Below the pieces are notes generated by a model, which worked only from the letters and a program-made list of their open reading frames with translations, did no database searches and was not told where the DNA came from. Made by a program: the position numbers and the translations under genes. This document shows, one piece after another, positions 25,741-64,000 of a DNA stretch of 64,000 nucleotides; position 1 is the first letter of the stretch; each line of letters begins with the position of its first letter. Origin of the DNA: Callorhinchus milii. Lineage: Eukaryota. The stretch lies in assembly GCF_018977255.1 (NCBI RefSeq), contig NW_024704742.1:121088001-121152000 (forward strand), given 5' to 3'.

Positions 25741-28707
25741 GGGGCAGGTTGGGAGGGAGAGGCTTTTAAGGGCTAACAGAGAGGGGGGAGGCAGATGCAA
25801 AACAAAGTGGGGGGGATTGCAAAACAGGAAAAGGATTGCAATAACTTATCCTGTTTTGTTGCAATCCCCTTTGTTTTGCATCATTAACATTTCTTTAACC
25901 CATCATCCACTGTCCTCTACAGCCACTTTCTCCTTTGTCTTTCTTGTCTCCCCCTTCTCCGTTAGTCCTTAAAAGCCTTTCCCTCCCAACATGGTTCAGT
26001 TCTGGTAAAGGGTCGTGGATCCAAAATTTTGACTCACTTTCCTTTCTCCATAGATGCTGCCTGACCTGCTGAGTGTTCCCAGCGACTTCTGTTTTTGTTT
26101 CAGATTTCCAGCATCTGCAATATTTTGTGACTTAGCAAATCTAGTTGGCCACTGTACTTGTGCCACTGATATGGTGGCAGTGGGGGTCCATACATAGCAG
26201 TGAATTGAATGAACCAATGATCAGCAGAAAATACCACTACTGTTTATCATGGTATTATTTTCCTATCTGTGATATATTCCTCTGAACAGAAATATTGCAT
26301 GCTAATTTGGGCTAACTGGATTTTCTGTTAATTATTAGGGGTGAGCAAATTATCAACTCGGAGTCATTTGTAACCTGCACTGTTGATATCCAGCAACAGC
26401 AAATTTATTACTAAATATCTCACTGATAATGTAAATAAGCTCTCTTCAGAGGAATAAAACATTCAGCATAATTTTAATGCAGAAGAAAAGGCAATCATCA
26501 CTAAGACAAATTTAACTACTTGGATTGACTTTCTACATTCATGATTCTATATCTGGAACAAATAATGATGTTTAAACCAATGCAGTTCTGAATAGGAATA
26601 TTACATTACCGTATAAATTGTTTCACAAACATGAATTATTACAAATAATATTTCAAAACTCATGCATCGGTTTCTAGCTTCCTTTAATTATGTTTTTGGT
26701 ATTTTACAAAAAGCTACTTAGAAACTATGAGAAAATCTTGAGAAAAACATCACAAAATGTGTTCAAATTGAAATTTGACACACAATCCCTATTCCATTGA
26801 TTCTGTAACGTGGATTTCAAATATTCCAGATTTTTTGCCATAAATGACTGGTTGACATTATGTACCCTAAGCTGTCATTAACGGTCCTCAGTTAATATTA
26901 AGTAATCTTATCCCCTACTCACACCAAAAACTAAAACAGCTAATATACGTTTTCGGAATGCCCACAATTCGTTGACTTCACACTTATTCAATCAAAAACC
27001 CTCCAAAAGTTTATCAATCTCTCTAGTTGTAATCCAACCGACAATGTGATCCACGTATGAATTGTGTGCAGACCTCAATGTACTAGTCAAGACATTAAAT
27101 ACACACATCTTTACAGTAGTTGGAAGAATGCTGCATTAAACTTAATTGTTCACATTCAAAAACATTTTACTGATGTTTGCAGGAGGTCAACTGGCAAAAT
27201 GGAGAAAAAAATATGCATCGTCAATGTACAGATGGGACATGAACAAATGATTAAAAATGAGATTACATGAAAATGATCAACTTTTCACACTGCTTGCTTT
27301 TGTCTAGCTGAAAATGTTAAAACCACACTACTGATGTAATGGTTTACATCATGTTATTTTAATACTAAATTTTAAATACAAATTTGAAATGAACTTTCAG
27401 TGAGAAAATTTGAAGTCAAGGATACTGGAGGAAGAGATTCTCAACAGAAATCCGTTAAAGGAATCTAAAAAGGTATGACAGCAGTCTGCAATTCTTAAAC
27501 AATGCTCTTTAACTTTTGTTGTCCACAGTGACCTCAATCCCTGCTTATTTGAACAGTGTGAAACATTAACACTGTAAACAGTTCACTCAATTTGCAAGTT
27601 TTCTATGCACTAACCATTGCTCCAAAAGCAGCAGTTTGTATTAAAAGTCACTGTCACCATTTTCTTTTGAGCTTTTACATATGGAAAATGTAAGTCACTC
27701 ACATTATAACTTTAATATGAAACTTTTCCAATTGAATCTCACTCTAATTTTAATTTAACCTTAACATTTAAGTGCATGTACTGACCTTCCATTTGAAATA
27801 CAGCCTGTTCCAAGTTAATTTTATTTTTTAATACACTCACTCTACATACATTAAAATGAGATGGTAGAAAGCATTTTACAGTAATCAAAAGAAGAAATCC
27901 ATGTGGATTGTAAAAAAGCTATACTAACAAAGACTTTGTTGATAAATTATGTATGTGTGGAATGTCAAACTGTACCATGTACCATAACATTAAGACCAAT
28001 TGTCATTTAAACACAATAATGATATGGCACATTTTGTGAAATAATGTAATAAACTAGATAAAGGATGGCTCAAAATTACAATCAAAACAAAATTATACAG
28101 TACAATAACTAATTCACACAGAAAACGAGGAATGCATTTTATTAAAGTAATGGTTGTGCCTGTGGTTGGTTGGGACATCTGTCAGTTTGAAGATTTTAGA
28201 TTCTTGGAAGGCACAAAGAAAAGAATGAGTTCAGTCAGATCTATTGGAAAGGTACTTTACACCACTCATGAGTCATGCATGCGAACACTTGAAAACTGTA
28301 CAGCCAACTATGGCAACAAAACATAACCACATCAATTAAAAAATAAAAAAATACAGAGTATCTAAAAGCATTGTTTCCACAGTATTTTTGATACATTAAA
28401 AAAAAGTTGGCAAGGATTTTCTGACAAAAGCTTCTCGGTAAACCAGAAAGGTTTCAAATAAAGTACTTCATGAAGTCCTAACCCTGTGAATTTGTGCTGT
28501 TGGATTAGAAGCATTTGTTTAGTTGCAATACCATGGGAGTGTGTTGTCCAGAAGAAAGTTATTCAAGTAAAGTAATAGGAAGTTGATGTAGTTCCAAGAG
28601 TTTTTAGCATTCCAGTGATTGAGTTCTGCTAACGATAGCTTGACATTAGTAGAGTTTCAGTGATAAGGATTTAGTGAATCAGTTATTCCTCAGCATGTAT
28701 CTGAAAA

Positions 28708-60860
<32,153 letters not shown>

Positions 60861-61221
60861 CTAATCTGATCACTTAATTCTCTCTAAAATCATTACTATT
60901 ATTCAAATCACTATGATTTATTAAGTCATCCTAAAATTAAAATCTTGACTTTTCAATGCAATGGAAATAGATAGGCAGATGGCATATGCATGCATCCAAA
61001 TATAAAATACTGTTCATAGCTCATGAAAAAAAAACTTAAATGTCAGAATCGAGTCAACCCTCTGGCTGTCCCAGTTGTCTGGCTCCTGAGCCAGGCAGTT
61101 CTGCACTACTACAGGGCACTGCTAATGATAGACCAATCAACCTGGCTTGTCAGCAGGATTTGTAGAGCCAGACTATTCACTGGGAGCAGGGATTCTTCCT
61201 ATTCGCCCCCTGTTAACTTTG

Positions 61222-62600
61222 CAACAACAACAACTCGCACTTATATTGCCCCTCCACCCAGGGTAGCGTCTCAAAGTGCTTAACAGTGGCGGAGCCTGAC
61301 TCCAAGCCGGGGGGAGGTGGCCGTAAGTATGGTCGAAGAGAAAAGTTTTCAGGCAGGACTTGAAAGAGGGGAGGGGGGCAAGGCAGAGGGACTGAGGGAG
61401 TGTTCCAAAATTTTAGGGCGTAGTGGCTGAAAGTACGACCTCCGATGGTGGGGCAAAGGGTGCAAGAGACGAGCAGGAGGCCGGTGCCAGTCGAGCGGAG
61501 GCGCTGGGTAGTGAATTGGAGAGTGAGGAGGTCGGAGAGATAGGGAGATGCCAGGAAGTGAATGGATTTGAACACAAGAGTGAGGATTTTGAAGTTGATC
61601 CGTTCGGTGATGGGGAGCCAGTGGAGCCTGGCCAGAACTGGTGAGATGTGAGTATGGAGTTTGGTCCGGGTCAGCATGCAGGCGGCAGAATTTTGAATGA
61701 GCTGAATCTTGTGAATGGTGGAGCTTGGGAGACCGGCGAGGAGTGTGTTGGAACAATCCAAGCAGGAGGTGACAAATGCATGCACGAGGGTTTTGGCTGC
61801 ATTTGGGTTAAGGTATGGTTGGAGGCGGGCAATGTGGTGGAGGTAGAAGAGGGCGCTCCTGGTCAGTGACCGGATGAGGGGGAGGAAGGATAGCTGGGGG
61901 TCGAACCGGATGCCTAGGTTGTGCACTGGTTCGGTGAGTGAGGGAGAGCCCAGGGAGGTTGAGGAGTTTAGATCCACAAGAGTGAAGACGTTGACGGGAG
62001 CCAAGGAGTATAGCTTCCGTCTTGTGCATATTCAGCTGCAGGACATTTACACTCATCCAGACCTTGATGTCTGCCAGACAAGCTGATAGAACATCGGTGG
62101 ACCTGGAATTGACACTGGAGAGGGCAAAGTAGATTTGTGTGTTATCCGCAAACATGTGGAAGTTTACCCCATGTCTGCGGATGACATCGCCCAGAGGGAG
62201 TATTTAGATAAAGAAAAAGGGCCAATGATGAAGTCGTGGGGTACCCCGCAGGTGACTGGGCGGGAGCGCGAGGAGAAACCATTTGCTGAGATGGAATGGA
62301 GGTGGTTGGTTAAATAGGACTCGAAATACACGAGTGCGGTCCCACTAAGGTAGATGAGGGAGGAGGCGGTGGAGGAGGATCGCATGGTCGACTGTGTCAA
62401 ATGCGGCAGAGATCCAGAAAGACAAGGAGGCAGAGGGAGCCCTGGTCACAGATAGAGAGAATGTTGTTTGTGACTTTGACAAGCGCTTGGTGTTTGACGT
62501 GAAGATAGAGGGCTTGAGGGGGTGCACAGAGGAGGTGATGGATGGTGGAAAACAGCATCTTTGGATTGCAAGCCATAGACGGATGATGAAGTCCTAGCTG
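61222..62600 (-). mobile_element. L2 copy, RT domain to 3' end, degenerate
   Basis: MFADNTQIY and LHWLPITERINFKIL motifs. Confidence 0.9.
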
Positions 62601-62867
62601 GACATTCACTGCAAAGATTAGTAGAGCGCTCTCAACACAAAACTGTTCAGTTTTACGTAATAGTCTTAGCTAAGTAGGGCACATCCCAAGAGAGAGTGCA
62701 TATTCTAATCCAGAGGGGGAAATGTCCATGCGTTGGTGGCATACATATGTGAAATGCTCTGATTTGGATACTCTTAAGCATGGTGATGGGGTTTGGTCAG
62801 CCAATTGTGTCAGGCACCTGGCTGCCCCCAAAAATTAAACAAAATGATTGCTCATGATTTATATAAT

Positions 62868-63190
62868 AAATAATCCTTGTATTTGATATAGCGCCTTCAC
62901 ATCTTTGAGACATTTCAAAGTACTTCACAGCATATACTGTAAAATGTAGTGACTGTGTATTTTGTGGGCAAAACACGGCAGCCAATTGCACCCACAGTGT
63001 CCCACAAATGGTCGTGGATTGAGTGACCCAATTATTATTTTTTTGGAGGATTACCCCTGAAAGCGATCCACCAATCGACTGAGAAGCAGGTTCCTACTTA
63101 CTGCTCGGTAAACAGAGGTGCATGTGTGGAATAAGGAACCTTGTCGAAGTTTTCGCCCTGCAGGGAATCGAACCCTGGTCCTCTTCTGGT
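62868..63190 (-). mobile_element. SINE, older long subfamily
   Basis: Same structure as the 14420 copy. Confidence 0.85.
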
Positions 63191-63707
63191 CCAGTTCAAA
63201 TGGACTGATAGTTCCAGAGTTAGATTTTTTGAATGGAATGCACACTCTCTCCCTGGAGGGACACATCCTGCTTACCTAATTATGGAAAGTATTAGGCACA
63301 GATTTGGCAAGAGCCAAAGCTTGGGGACTTCATAGTGTAAGTTTGAGTACTGCAGAAGTCTAAGCAGCTAAAACCACATAGCTTGCCATTGATATCACTG
63401 TCTGGCAAGATTTTCCGCTGCTTAACCAGCTAGGACCATCCTACTCATTAGGGCTTTGGCTTGCAGGATTAATAGAAGTTGAGTGGGAGGATTGCCTTCC
63501 CCCAGGGACTGGTCTGCCTTTCTAAGTTCTGCCAATGAGCCAGGCTGGCTGAACAATCAACACTGCCCTGGAATACTACGGACCTACCTGGCTCAGGAAC
63601 TGGACTATCAAGTCCCCCGGAGGGCTGGCTCAATTCCAACATTCTGTTCCCAAAATGTCACCTTGGAGCCAGTTTTCTCGCTCAAGGAGGATTCAAACAG
63701 GTTCTGC

Positions 63708-63812
63708 GTTCTGACGAAGGGTCGTGGATCTGAAACGTTGACTCACTTTCCTTTCTCCATAGATGTTGCCTGACCTGCTGAGTGTTCCCAGCAACTTCTG
63801 TTTTTGTTTTCA
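63708..63812 (+). mobile_element. Penelope-like pseudo-LTR fragment with a hammerhead motif (63708-63742)
   Basis: GTT-CTGACGA-A-GGGTC-GTG-GATCT-GAAACGTT-GAC. Confidence 0.72.
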
Positions 63813-64000
63813 AACAGGATTGAGTTCCTATGTCTAATATATAATTCAACCATAGAGACCAAGCTGAATTGCCGGACTGTGCAGAATTAACTGCTCTTAG
63901 CTTAGGCAGCAATATGAATGCTCCAATTGATCCAAACACACTGGACTAAGGAACAACGTAAAAAAAAAACAGCATGCTGCCAGGCACCCAGAAATTCCTG

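Larger units (their letters stand above)
25020..26125. mobile_element. Penelope-like pseudo-LTR in inverted (fold-back) arrangement; left arm split by an L2 insertion
   Basis: 25020-25042 plus 25672-25850 is the reverse complement of ~25850-26085; carries CTGANGA...GAAAC motifs. Confidence 0.7.

Noticed and set aside
63830..64000. Next upstream KIF2A exon
   Set aside because: No similarity to the expected KIF2A sequence in any frame; the exon probably lies beyond the window

Overview
Vertebrate genomic DNA, most likely a cartilaginous fish (holocephalan/elephant-shark-like, inferred from the tRNA-Ala SINE, L2, CR1 and Penelope-type repeats). It holds a complete 12-exon DIMT1 gene (+, CDS 7963-23398, 308 aa) and the 3' part of KIF2A (-, exons from 60811 down to the stop at 28708), tail-to-tail with DIMT1. 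A CpG-rich, probably non-coding first exon of a divergent minus-strand gene lies near 5468-5660 (IPO11 by synteny only). Main highlight: three paralogous, frame-preserving candidate exons with intact splice sites, created by a triplication in the last KIF2A intron, which could add up to 87 aa to the C-terminal coiled-coil tail. Also seen: minimal hammerhead-ribozyme motifs in a Penelope-like repeat; a minisatellite that amplifies the DIMT1 exon-1 splice donor; two perfect 25-bp hairpins in DIMT1 intron 1; and the known KIF2A cassette exon with a downstream TGCATG cluster. All coordinates were read by hand and repeat edges are approximate.
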